This document shows, piece after piece, positions 51,115 to 63,640 of a DNA stretch of 64,000 bases. The position numbers and the translations under genes were made by a program. Source of the stretch: Haliotis rubra (taxonomy: Eukaryota); assembly GCF_003918875.1 (NCBI RefSeq), contig NW_025767007.1, forward strand, positions 372,001 to 436,000. The letters run 5' to 3'. Position 1 is the stretch's first letter, and the number at the start of each line of letters is the position of its first letter. The notes under the pieces are model-generated. The model had not been told where the DNA came from and did not search any database. It saw only the letters and a list, made by a program, of their open reading frames with translations.

Positions 51115-51540
51115 CAGGAGATGGATGGTTCACCATGAGCAGATGGATGGTTCAGCAGATGGATGGTTCTATATGAGCAGATGGATGGTTCAGCAGGTGG
51201 ATGGTTCACCATGAGCAGATGGATGGTTCAGCAGGTGGATGGTTCACCATGAGCAGATGGATGGTTCAGCAGATGGATGGCTCACCATGAGCAGATGGAT
51301 GGTTCATATTCGCAGATTGACGACATGAGGATATCAGATGGGTGGTTCACATGAGCAGACGTACTGTTCACATGAGCACTGATGGACTGTTCACATGAGC
51401 AGATGGATGGTTCAACATGAACAGATGGATAGTTCATATGAGAAGATGGATAGTTCACATCAGCAGACGGACTGTTCCATGAGCACGGAGGTGTGTACAT
51501 GAGCAGAAAGATGGTGCACATGAGCAGATAGATAAGCATG
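51115..51540. repeat. Minisatellite, 16-22-bp units (ATGAGCAGATGGATGGTTCAC)
   Basis: About 20 variable tandem units. Confidence 0.9.
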
Positions 51541-52087
51541 ATGGGCACGTGGTGCAGGAACACTGCAGGAATGGCTTAATTAGGCTAAGGAGGTTGACAG
51601 ACAGTAAATGATACACCCAGGGCAGATGGACAGGTAGATAAGTTGATCTGTAATCCATCTGGCAACCACACCAGCACTCTGGAGTCACAATGTGTTACTC
51701 AGATTTGCCCACAGCAGATGTGGTGAATTGCAAACATCCTGATAAAGACCCCACATGCCACATGTAAACTATCATTCAGATTGGGACAGATAGTTCAGAC
51801 ACCTAGAAGAGTGCAGGCCTTCCTAGCCACACACACCTGTAGAGCCAAAATAGCTGACTGACTTGGACCTTGTTGGGCATTCCAGCAATTGTTGCAACAA
51901 GTCACTCAGAGCAAGCAGGGCCTGCTCTATTAGGGATACACAATATGGGTTGGTTGTGACTTCCAGCAACACTGTCAGACACCACTGTGAAACAGTAACC
52001 TCTTCATATCTAAAAAGTGAGTGAATGAGCGAGTTATTATTTTACACTGCACTTATAGCGATGAGAACAAGTTCAATAATATCTAAA

Positions 52088-52244
52088 GACATTTCGATAC
52101 AGATTCTTGTATCGTTGTCAAGTGAGTATGACACCGATACAAGAATCTGCATCGAAACATCGCATCATCCGAACAAAGAAGTTGTTCATCCATAAAGTTT
52201 TGTCCTTATCTGATTCACCAACTTCTAAACATGCCACTCAAAGA
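52088..52244. mobile_element. Penelope-like element end remnant with inverted hammerhead-like cores
   Basis: TTTCGATACAGATTCTTGTATCG ... CGATACAAGAATCTGCATCGAAA hairpin; downstream AAAGAAGTTG...CCAACTTCTAAA shared with 58011-58240. Confidence 0.6.
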
Positions 52245-53277
52245 AGTTACGTAAAACAGGCATAAAACAAACCAATTTCTTTATCCAAAAATATTACTTC
52301 TTCAGACTAATACTTAGCATAACTTAAAACCAGGCTATAGACCACTAGTGACCAAAGCAAGACCACCTTCCTGGGGATTATCTCAAAGAGGATGTAGTGT
52401 ATCATCTGCTAGAAGACTTCAACCTTGTTGTGCTGCTACATAAATCGGTAAAAGCATGCCTCCAAGACAATAAGGCTATTTAACAATCTGACAGTACCAG
52501 AAACGGACTCTCAAGGTTTCACTTGTTTGTGATTTCGGTGAGAGTACAAATTGCTGTTAAACATTATTGTACATTGACAAGAAAATTACTGCCTGTTAGC
52601 ATTGTTATCATCCACCTTTCTAAATTTCATTATGTCCTTATGGCAGCATTGTTGAAAATATGTTAAAGCCAATGAAAAGAAATGAATTCCAGGTTTATCT
52701 GCCTTTGTAACAATATTACGGTAGTAATACCGGATTTGTAAAGTAAACAAAAACTATATATCATCGTTTAGGTTTATGTACAAACTAACCCTGCCACAAC
52801 TGTCATATTGATAACCGATAATATTTCTTCCAATCAATATTTCCAGTTATCGATCTTTTTAGCAGTCCTAGTATGAGCAACATCTTGGCAAGGTGTGACA
52901 ATGTAGTCACCTGTAGGAAACAGGCCTGTAGTAATTATCAAAGTCGAACCTTCACAACAATTTGTCCTACAGAATTAATAGACATTCAATTTGTGTTTGC
53001 CCAAGAGTAATGTCTGGCGAAACCTCTAATGACAGTGTCTGGTATCCAGAGCCCACCTGGTACCATCTACAGACATAGAAGTAAACGCACTCTGACTCAG
53101 GTGCTTAAATCTGATATCAACTTACGATAAGGATATTTCTTTATATCCATAAGAATGAATCAGAGAGTTTATCACCAAAAGAGAAATTTCTCAAACTCAC
53201 AAGGTTCAATCAATTTGGATGAAAGCAAACTACCAACAAAAGGTCACGTCTAATGCTGTGGTGTCCATATGCTTTTG

Positions 53278-53393
53278 GATCCATGCTCATATTGTTTGTC
53301 ACTAGATTGTCTGGTCCAGACTTGATTATTTACAGACTGCCGCCATATAGCTGGAATATTGCTGAGTGTGATTAAGCAACCAACTAACCAACC
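53278..53393 (+). mobile_element. SINE family B 3' half
   Basis: TSD TATGCTTTT; (AACC)n tail. Confidence 0.82.
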
Positions 53394-53686
53394 GTATGCT
53401 TTTGTCTTCAGTCATGATAGTGGGTTGATCAAACAAGGCTGATGACCTGCACTCCTACACCTACGTCAGTGATGTCAACCCACAGGTTTAATCGTTAACT
53501 AGTAACACAGAACTGAGGTTGAACTTATTTGCCAATGATAAAGATGACTCTGTAGGCAGGTGTGACTTGTCACCCCAAAAATGGAAACATGAATTCAAAT
53601 GTGATTCCATGTTTCATACATACAAATGAGGACAAGTATGGCACTAAGTTACACTGCACAATGTTTTCAGCAAAATTTGAATAATA

Positions 53687-54085
53687 TACTACTCACACTT
53701 TGCTAAGGATCACAAAAATTCACAACTTTACTTAATCGTAGATTTATCATTTGAAATTATATCCATTTAAAACTGGATAAATAATAATATGGTAACCCCT
53801 CTTTAGGCAGACAGTCACCTTAGTCTACCCTTATCCACTTGATACATGAGTAACCATAAAAATGGTTTTCATGGCACCAATCAACCATTTTGCATATCAC
53901 GGAACGAGTCATTGACAGGTACACACCACCTGTCAATAGCAGGTATGGGATCCACAAGATGCAATGACATACTAAAACCTAGGATCCATGCTTACAACAA
54001 GCTTAGATATTTAAACCAAATTTGATCCCACATCATAGTTTCCTGTTGAATCAATGATTTGATCCTTAGCAAAGTGTGAATAGTA
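53687..54085. mobile_element. MITE ~400 bp with TA TSD
   Basis: TACTACTCACACTTTGCTAAGGATCA / TGATCCTTAGCAAAGTGTGAATAGTA; inverted sister copy at 56744-57143. Confidence 0.9.
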
Positions 54086-54778
54086 TACATCAGAATACAC
54101 CCCAAATAGTTCTACACCCTGTATCCATGCAGAGAATTGGACAAAAGTTCAAGCAGTATGACAAATCCTTAAATGTATACTCACATGGTTCAACACCCTG
54201 AATCATTCTATAGAAATGGTGGTCACGACTTCATTCAGCAGCAACTATAACAGGTGTGTAAGATGCGGTCTTTTGCTGACCTAGGAAGGGTACTTTTATT
54301 AATTCCTATTACCGAAACTATTTACTTATATTTGTACTGTGGATTCAGAAAAAAGTACCCATGCACAGCAGCACAAAACATCACAGCTCATATACAACAA
54401 AGGTTTTAATACCCACAAGCTGTTCTGTACAGTTATTAATAGCATTAAATATGTTGGAAATATATTGGTATTTTCAGTCAAGGGAAATATTGTGTAATCT
54501 GCATATAAACAGCTTCCCCCAATGTAGATAAAGAAATTAACAGATACCATATTTAAGCATATACACCAAATGTGAAAAAGGCTGTAACACACGTCATATT
54601 TAAAGTCAGCAATCCAATCCGCTCAGCCACTGTTGCTTCCACAAAAATGGAAGTCGTACAATTGGTAGTCATGGTCACCAACTTTCTGTACCCCTCTGAT
54701 AAGTGTAAAGTGGCATGGCTCCCATGGCCTTAATCTATGAATACACAAAGTGATTTAGAATGTGACAAATGTTATATT

Positions 54779-55293
54779 GGGGGCGCGGTGGGCGAGCAGG
54801 CTAAGGCGCCAGGCTAGTGATCCAGCGAGGTTGAGGTGTCGGGATCGAGCCCACCTGTGACCGGGTGTAAAAGCCTTGGAGTCAACTTTGTGTGCAGACT
54901 CTTTCAGTGTTGTCACAACCCCTAGTGTACAGTACACAACCCTGCGCACTTAAAAGAACCCACGAATCCGTTGGTATATGACCAGATGGTGGCCACATGA
55001 ATACGTGCAAACACCTAGTTGCGGGTACAGCAACGTGCAGTAAACTTTGACAAAGTACTGTGACTATGTGTCCCAGTCCACCCAGCTGTGAATGGGTACC
55101 TCGTTAGGATGAGAAAGCCACAATAACTCGGTGCGCCTAGTGGCTGCAAGAGTTGTATACTCCCCAGGGAGTTGAGATTGATAATATGATGTGCCATTGA
55201 GATTGACATCCAATGATCGAGGGACAAAATATCAGCGCTTGAGCATGCACTAGTTGCCTGGACATGTGCGCTATATAAGTATCCTATAACAAT
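54779..55293 (+). mobile_element. SINE family D: tRNA-like head, conserved middle domains (MESC-like and CORE-like), L2-type tail
   Basis: Head GGGGCGCGGTGGGCGAGCAGG...GGGATCGAGCCC; GTCAACTTTGTGTGCAGACTC; CCACCCAGCTGTGAATGGGTACC; tail CAGCGCTTGAG...GCGCTATATAAG; domain names from memory. Confidence 0.8.
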
Positions 55294-56509
55294 ATTTGGG
55301 ATTACACTTTCTCAGTAAAGTACAGGTTCTGGTATTTTTGTTAGGTTGAATCCAATCTTGGATTCGAACCCACTCTGAGGCTCAGGCACCTAACTGCCAG
55401 AGCAAAAAGTCTGCTATCTAACCAACTTACCCCCGTTGAGGCTGCATATAGTATCAGAACAATAGCCACCAATCACACAGTCCAATCTATTAGCATATTA
55501 TCTATGACCCAAAGGTATACTTGTTAACAATTCAAAATGTCAACCATCACATCTGATATTCAAACATTATCTGATAAGTATTGAGGACTAAAAAGTAGTG
55601 GTTTTATTTAACCACCTTGAAAAGAAACAAAAAAAGCCAAAGTAAAGATTTGAGGACAACCTGTCACTAGGTGTTTGCTTAACTGGAACTTAACAGAGGC
55701 ATACTACAGGTATTCATATTACACCCAGTCATGACTATGAAATATCAGCCTTAACTTTTTATACACAGTCAATAGTTTGTAGGTATGCTGCCCACTTTAA
55801 AAGGAAAAGAGAAGAGAGGAAAGGAGAGGGGATCATATTCACAATTTGCCATTTTGCCTGTTCACTGAGATGAGCCATATATCAGCCTGTACTTAGCTTA
55901 ATGGGTTTTAGCAAAGTCCTTAGTCTGTCTCACAGTCCCTGAAGCACATTATTTTCCCTACTGCCAAGCCCTCTCTGCAGTGCTAAAGCCCTAAATAAAG
56001 CAAGTCTAGACTTCCTCAGGTTCTGGTCTCCCTGGGGCTCCTTTTTTACTTGAATGGGCTTGTTTGTTACTATCAAAATTATACATAATCAGACGCTAAG
56101 CGTAAGTCTACAAGGCCCTATACAAACACCTACACTCTGGCTTCAGTGTGCATGATTTGCAGTGAAACATTTAACCCCACGCTATTGTAGATAAACATTT
56201 TTTGTACATTTTAGCCAATGTTACCAATAGCTACATTCAATACTTACTCTAATTTTTGCCAGCAGTGTATATAACTGTTTATACAACGCATGACCTGTCG
56301 ACAAACTATGAATTATCAGTAGATATTATATAGAGCAGAAAGTAATGTATTATCCACGATCACAAGTGATCAATACAATGGAACTACAGCTGAGTTCACA
56401 CATATAGCACGAAAGAATAAAAGGCAAAGCTATTCACAAAATGAAAACCCCATGATATACTTGCTTGACATCCTATACACATAATGTTAAACCTCTGCTG
56501 CATTCTAAA

Positions 56510-56652
56510 GGGGCAGGGGGGAGCCTAATGGTTAAAGTGTCCACTTGTCACACTGAAGACCCGAATGTGTCAAGCCCATTTCTGGTGTTCTCTGCCCTGA
56601 TACTGCTGGAATATTGCTAAAAGCGGCATAAAACAATACTTACTCACTCACT
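56510..56652 (+). mobile_element. SINE family A, internally deleted
   Basis: TSD CTGCATTCTAAA. Confidence 0.82.
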
Positions 56653-56743
56653 ACTGCATTCTAAAATATTGTCCAACGATTAACGTAAACAATCCATCAC
56701 TGTTAATAATTATGAAAATCCCTGTTCTAAACTTGAAAATATA

Positions 56744-57143
56744 TACTATTTCACACTTAGCTAAGGATCAAATCATGGATTCAACAGAAAACTACTATGT
56801 GGGGTCAAATTTGGTTTATATATCTAAGCTTATTGTAAGCATGGACCCCAGGTTTCAGAATGTCATTGCATCTTGTGGATCACCATACCTGCTATTGACA
56901 GGTGTTGTTTATTTATCAATGACTCATTCCATGATTTGCAAAATGGTTGATTGGTGCCATGAAACCATTTTTATGGTTACTCGTGTATCAAATGCATACG
57001 GTTAGCTTGAAGTGACTATTTGCCTAATGAGGAGTTACCATATTATTATTTATCTAGTTTTAAATGGATACAATTTCAAATTATAAATCTACGTTTAAGT
57101 AAAGTTGTGAACTTTTGTGATCCTTAGCAAAGTGTGAGTTGTA
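56744..57143. mobile_element. MITE ~400 bp, inverted sister of 53687-54085
   Basis: Same TIR, TA TSD, internal sequence is the diverged reverse complement. Confidence 0.88.
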
Positions 57144-58010
57144 TACATTACATCATTCCCTTGAGGACATTACATATTTATACAGAAAACACAGCGGTGT
57201 AGTAAATATTACCAGAAAATATTTGTACCTCATCAACATTTCAACAATTTCTTTTTTAGTTCTCGATCTCTAACAAGAAATTTTTATGGTTTTAATGTGC
57301 GACACACATAGGTTGTTGGGAACCAATGCTAACCTCTTATTCCCATGGAGAACAAGTACAAGGTCAAAGACACTGACATCCATGATTCATGGAATTGCCA
57401 TATTACCTACACACTTTTATATTCATGAGTACAAAAACCTGTCCATATTTTTTCAAATTAAGTGGACTGAAAATTACCTGAAAGATTTCAGAAAATCCTG
57501 GTGTTGTTACCGAACACGTGCTAACCTTTGTCTACGAAGCCGATTGGTTCAAACTGCACGATTCAAATATCAAGGTAATCAGCATTTCGAAATTCCTTCA
57601 TGGCAAATTGTGGTAAAATGTTAACACAACAGCAGCCACATAAATCAAATGTTACGACATGGAACAAATAAATACTGTCAGACACATGCCCTAACAAACC
57701 AGGTCAAAGATATAAAACCTTAACTGAATGACCATAGATCACACGATATGCTTGTCATTTGTGTTACATAACACATCTGCCTGTCATCATTCGTGAAAAC
57801 AATACCCACGTATCTACATTTTAGCATTGCATAAACATCATGTATCATAATAACCATGGTGAAATATTTTATGTATTCACATCAGTCAAGGATTAAATTT
57901 TTTTTGGATATCTTTCCTCTTTAAATTTTTTTTTTAAACCCAACAACGGAGTCAATCAGTAGCAGACAGGGATATTTGGCATTCATAAATGCAAAGAAAG
58001 TGAGTTACAT

Positions 58011-58240
58011 CTTTGAGAGGCATTTTAGAAGTTGGAGTGAGTGAGTGAGTATGGTTTTACCGCTTTTAGCAATATTCCAGCAATATCACGGCAGGGGACA
58101 CCAGAAATGGGCTTCACACATTGTACCCATGTAGGGTTTTAGAAGTTGGAAGTAGATAGAACAAGTACATATGAATGACAACTTCTTTAATTCTAGAGCA
58201 CAACGTTTCGATACAGGTACTTGTATCGTTTTCAAGTATG
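58011..58240 (-). mobile_element. Penelope-like end remnant with hammerhead-like core, interrupted by 5'-truncated SINE A (58036-58136)
   Basis: Minus strand CTTGAAAACGATACAAGTACCTGTATCGAAACGTTG; SINE TSD TTTTAGAAGTTGGA. Confidence 0.65.
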
Positions 58241-58835
58241 AAAGTGAATTAGTTATGTATGTCATAGCTGGATGATAAATCATAAGCACTGGTAATCGTA
58301 AATTACTTCTTGAATTTTTCTGGGTTGTACCAAAAGTTATTCCAATGATTTACAGCATTGCTGTTTCCATACAGCAGTGTTTAAATAACTACACAAGTCA
58401 TCATAGAACATGCTGAACATCTGACATAAAATTTGATAACTGAACATTATACTCTTCCTACTTCCCTACTGAGGAGAGTTCCTGTCTGGACAGGTTGTGT
58501 AACAGGATCGATGAATTATGTGTAATGTACACTTTTCTCTGAACCAAACCTGTTCGGTCAGCTCATTTCAAAATGGCTTTAAACTTCATTTTCATTACAG
58601 TTTAATGTTTTTTCCTGAGAAAGGATATACATATATTTTCAGTAGTCTGTAAACGACCTGCTACAAACATGCCATCAACCCTATCATATTATTCATAAAG
58701 GGGTAGTACACCAGGAAATGTCATCTGTCTTCCTGAATTTTACATGATGATTAATACTAATAATATCACGGATATCATGGAAAAGTTAAGAAAATAAAAC
58801 TTTACCAGGATCAGTCTTTGGACGATGTTGAAGAT

Positions 58836-59531
58836 TAGGAATGTCACGATGTCACGATACATAGGGATGTCATTATACATAGGGATGTCACGATACATAG
58901 GTTTGATGTCGCGATACATAGGGATGTCATACTACATAGGGATGTCATGATACACAGGGATGTCGCGATACATAGGGATGTCACGATACATAGGGATGTC
59001 ACGATACATAGGGATGTCACGATACATAGGGATGTCGCACTACATAGGGATGTTGCAATACATAGGGATGTCATGATACATAGGGATGTCATGATACATA
59101 GGGATGCCACAATACATAGGGATGTCATGATACATAGGGATGTCACGATACATAACTTTCATGAATCGTTATGCATCACGATACCCATGTCACGATTTGA
59201 TACATATCACGATACCTATTTTCACAGCATTATAGCGTAAATTTAGTTACATTTTGAACATTAATATTACATATTTTATAATTGTCCATGAAAAGATCAA
59301 CATTTTTATTTTCAGAGAATAAAAAGTTCTAATTTCCCATCTTTGTGCATGAAACATAATCATTTATAACTCTCATAACATCAAAAAACATAATACAATT
59401 GCAAAATGTAAACAATACATAAACATATTTAATTCAATACTTTCAAAACTAAATATTGATAATAATGATACAGTTTTGAATGTATCGATAAAACTTAAAA
59501 TATGAATGATAATAATGCATTGGCATCCCTA
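58836..59531. mobile_element. hAT-like MITE whose left end is expanded into an 18-bp tandem array (58836-59153)
   Basis: Unit TAGGGATGTCACGATACA x~16; right end GGCATCCCTA; CGATAC subterminal motifs. Confidence 0.8.
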
Positions 59532-59929
59532 TGGAGGACTGTAATACGTTTGCATTTATTAAATCAGATATAAGTTAATATAAAGGTTTATTTATGCCAC
59601 TTTGAAACATTGTTATCAAAGAAAACTGAGCTCAGTATGATCCCTATATTAACAATAGGCACAACAAATATGTGACAGTAAATCATGTGCATTTCAATCA
59701 CCAGTCAAAATATGAAATGTCATCCCCACCTGCAGTTTAAATAGTTTATAGGGCAATGCATGTTGTATTTAATACAGAACACAAGGTACACATCTCAGAG
59801 AGGGGAATATCTGCATATTCCCCGGGAATATACCTGATAGTTATACACAGTTAAACTATGTAATACTATTACCATACTATTGAGCCACTTATAAAGCAGA
59901 AGATTACATACAGGCAATGACATGACCTC

Positions 59930-60065
59930 AATATCACAGGAAACATGTCAATGCGCATTCAACCTGCATTCTCAACTCCATGAGAATCACACAAACCTAA
60001 CTGCCTCTTACATATAATTTTACATCTAATCCTACTAGGTACCCATTTCTGCTGGGTGAAGAGGA
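59930..60065 (-). mobile_element. Degenerate CORE-like SINE fragment related to family D
   Basis: AGGTACCCATTTCTGCTGGGTG and CTCAACTCC motifs. Confidence 0.5.
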
Positions 60066-60840
60066 AGGTTTGGAACATTATCTACAAAAGACATCGTTCT
60101 TTTATCAGTGTCCTGCCACTCATTGTGGCTGAATTTGACTGGATTGAAATCCGTTTGTCTTGTTTGTTACACCCAGCAATATATCAGTTATATCACAGCA
60201 GTCTGTGAATATTGAGTCCTAATGATTGATATCATGAAGAACATCATACAGCATACAACACTGGGGTATATGATACACTATCAACCAAGTCACCTGATAG
60301 GCTTCAATGGACCTACAGTAACTACACCAGAATCCCCACCCAGGCCTTTGAGTCAAGCATAGCACCAGTCAGATCATGGAGGGTACATAACATAGGATAA
60401 AATTTCAAACTCACTTACATCAAGTTTCACGGTTAAGAACCACTTCTTGGCAGGATGTAAAGCCGTTCATTATTTATGTGTTTCAGGAACACCCACAAAA
60501 TCATGAACTCATTGAATAAGACATCGTACAGACCCAATTGTTATAATCCATTTAACATGTTCAATAATTCAGGTGTCTGTTTAAAAACTCTTTTCATCAA
60601 TACAAATCCTTGACGTAGTGTTACATACACCATGACAAAATCTGGATCTAATTTCATTACACAAAGAACATTGCAGGAGAGTCTCAGTCTCAGACTGCTG
60701 TCTTCCTTGAGTAAGTGAGTCAGTTGAGTTTAATGTAGCTTAGTGAAGTTTTTTTCAGTTATATCACAGTGTGTCATGCCTGATTGTTTCTCGGTTTGTC
60801 AATACCATACCTGTGTCTTACATGACACAGATGTGTCTTA

Positions 60841-61288
60841 TAGGGCTCCAGATAAGAGCCGTATCAGCGTATGTGCGGACATAAAATAAGCACGATACGG
60901 TAGGAAATAATTTAGAAAACGTAGCAGATACGCACCACAGCAAACGGTCTTAGATTCATTTACAGACGTATTTATCTGAAAAAGTATTGTTTTATTGTTT
61001 ATTGACCTGTTTACACAAGAGTAGCAATGTTGTGATGCATAAACGAAACACAAGATTACTGATACGCCATTAAATTCCATTCACTACTCTAAATGTACTC
61101 TTATTGTTTTCCAGGGCCTAAATTTTCTAAGCTCTATTAGCGCTAAGATAGTCATAAGTTAATGTTAGGGTATGGCACTTACGACTATATTAGTACTAAG
61201 AGAGCTTCGAAAATCTAGGCCCTGTACTCCTGTATTGAAAAATTAAGGAGTACGTTCTCCTGATCATGAAAATTTATCTGGAGCCCTG
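60841..61288. mobile_element. MITE, same family as 11100-11432, opposite orientation, carrying a nested MITE
   Basis: TAGGGCTCCAGATAA / TTATCTGGAGCCCTG; flanks GTCTTA / GTATTA. Confidence 0.85.
61115..61221. mobile_element. Short palindromic MITE (PIF/Harbinger-like, CWG target)
   Basis: GGCCTAAATTTTCTAAGCTCT ... AGAGCTTCGAAAATCTAGGCC; flanks CAG/CTG; absent from the 11100 copy of the host. Confidence 0.82.
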
Positions 61289-61375
61289 GTATTATATTAA
61301 TAGCAGGTAAATCAGGGCTTCTGAAAGGAGAGTGAGTAAATCAGGTTAATATTTTTATCATTACTGACAAAGGTC

Positions 61376-61566
61376 TTTGTTCGGTTGATGTGTATCACCA
61401 CATTCAGCATTATTCCAGCTATATGACGGCATCTGAAAATGATCGAATCTGAACTAGACATTCCAGTGATCAATATCATGAGCATCAATCTACACAATTG
61501 GGATAAGATGACGTGTCAACAAACCATGGGTCGCTGAAGACCAATTTTAAGCGGGATCTTCAGGGG
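61376..61566 (-). mobile_element. SINE family B, internally deleted
   Basis: TSD TACTGACAAA. Confidence 0.8.
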
Positions 61567-62202
61567 TGTACTGACAAATGACAGCAAATACTCACAATCA
61601 GCTTCACAATGTGTTTACATAGAAGTAGACACGTTCTGCACATGCAAGCACTGGATAATTGTTTTCCATCACCACTGACCAAAGATCACAAGGTGACACT
61701 GACTCTATAAAATGTGGAATATCATCTGAAACCATTTACTGTTCACAGTGTTCCAAAACAGGTCAAAAAAGCACAACTACAATGAAATCTCATTAAATTA
61801 GGTCAATGAATATTCATCAAGCTCATAGGAAGTGCATTGACAAGACCTTGTAAAATATAATCACCCAGATATGCAATATTCACGACACTGTACAAGGCAA
61901 AACTGTAACTGTGGAATAAGATCAATTCAATACTTTAATAGTATAATGGTGGAAAATCAATTCAAGATGAAGTGAACATTATATTTGGCAAGACAGTATG
62001 AATATTCTACATATTCTAATCAGGAACATCCTATCCGTCTGTAGTATCACTACGCAATAGAATGACATTAATCACTCAGCAGTTACAGGATATATAGCAA
62101 TCTCACTGTGATATCGCATGTATAGGCAATATACAGAGATCATCAAATATAGGTTCCACTATTTCTGTATATCTTTAACAATGTTTCTACTGTCTATCAT
62201 TC

Positions 62203-62343
62203 GTAACATATGTTATATTTGAGATTACATTTTCGTAATAAAGTACAGATTCTAGCACTTTTGTTGGGTTGAGTCAATCAAAAAAAAGTACTAGAATCTG
62301 TACTTTATTACGAAAATGTAATCTCAAATATAACATATGTTAC
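62203..62343. repeat. Near-perfect long inverted repeat (~58-bp arms)
   Basis: GTAACATATGTTATATTTGAGATTACATTTTCGTAATAAAGTACAGATTCTAG matched exactly by its reverse complement. Confidence 0.92.
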
Positions 62344-62684
62344 ATTTGACCACTTTCCAAATGGCATTGTGTATTCAGTCTATCATTCATCAACCTGCTG
62401 ATGCTGCATAATATAAGATGTTACTATTAAGTGAAATTGTAGCTCACCTGAATATGTAATCAACAGTTTAAAATGTTTAAAACATGGACATGTATAACAG
62501 TTTCGTCAGCAATAATTATCTACATAATTACCAGCGACTAACATGTGACAACAATAAGCAATGACCAGATCAAAATATAATGTCATCACAAGCAGAAACA
62601 AAAGTTCAGTTTTTCGATATCCCTGTTGAGAGGCTATGTGGAAATCAGACTGAACGTCTTGAATTGGAAGGAGGTCACCAGTGG

Positions 62685-62933
62685 AGGGAGTGAGTGAGTG
62701 AGTGAGTGAGTTTAGTTTTACGCCACACTCAGCAATATTCCAGCGGTCTGTAAATAATCAAGTCTGAACCAGACAATCCAGTGATCAACAGCATGAGCAT
62801 CGATCTGCGCAATTGGGACCGATGACATGTGTCAACCAAGTCAGCGAGCCTGACCACCCGATCCAGTTAGTTGTTTCTTGTACGACAAACACGGGTAACT
62901 GAAGATCACTATTCTAACCCGGACCTTCATGGG
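62685..62933 (-). mobile_element. SINE family B
   Basis: Near full length. Confidence 0.9.
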
Positions 62934-63472
62934 TAGAACAAGCAGGTGAAGTTTTAGGTTCACTGGTCCAGTAGTTTTATGGAAGACATTTTCAGACAAC
63001 AGATGACACACACCAAATTGGCCACTAAATTTCAAACAAATGATCATCATCTGATTGCACAAGGACAATGTCTCTGGTTCTTTCATTGTATTCACAACAT
63101 GCATTATGGAGGCTAGATTCAAAAGGAAAGGGGTACACGACTGTGAAGTCTGTTAACATAATGTGACTGTCACCTGTTATAGACTGTTGGACATCACTGC
63201 TGTCGGCCTACTCAGCTTGTTAAAATGGTGTCCGTGTGTTCTGGCACCTGTCCACTGTGTTGTCTGCAATACAGAGAATGACGGACATGATGGAATCATC
63301 AGACAGCAAGATAAAATACCACGTGTGGAAGTTATGTAAAACATCCCCGGTGAATGCTAAGTGCCAGCACAGCCAAGTCCCAACTGTTTGAAATGTACGA
63401 GGGAACTTAAAAATATTTTTTGTTTTCCTGACCTGATTATAATAAGCTATCATAATGATGATCATAGCCATA

Positions 63473-63640
63473 GTGAGTGAGTGAGTCAGATTAATTTTAA
63501 CCATTTTTAGCAATATTCCAGCAATATCACAGAAGGAGACACCAGAAATGGGTTTCAAACATTGTACTCATGTCGGGAATTGAACCTGGGTCTTTGGTGT
63601 GACAAGCAAACGCTTTAACCGCTTGGCTCCCCCAACGCCC
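63473..63640 (-). mobile_element. SINE family A
   Basis: Family A motifs. Confidence 0.85.

Noticed and set aside
58844-59240. Repetitive ORFs on both strands (TSLCIV / IHRDVT)
   Set aside because: 18-bp tandem repeat of a transposon end, frame-preserving by chance
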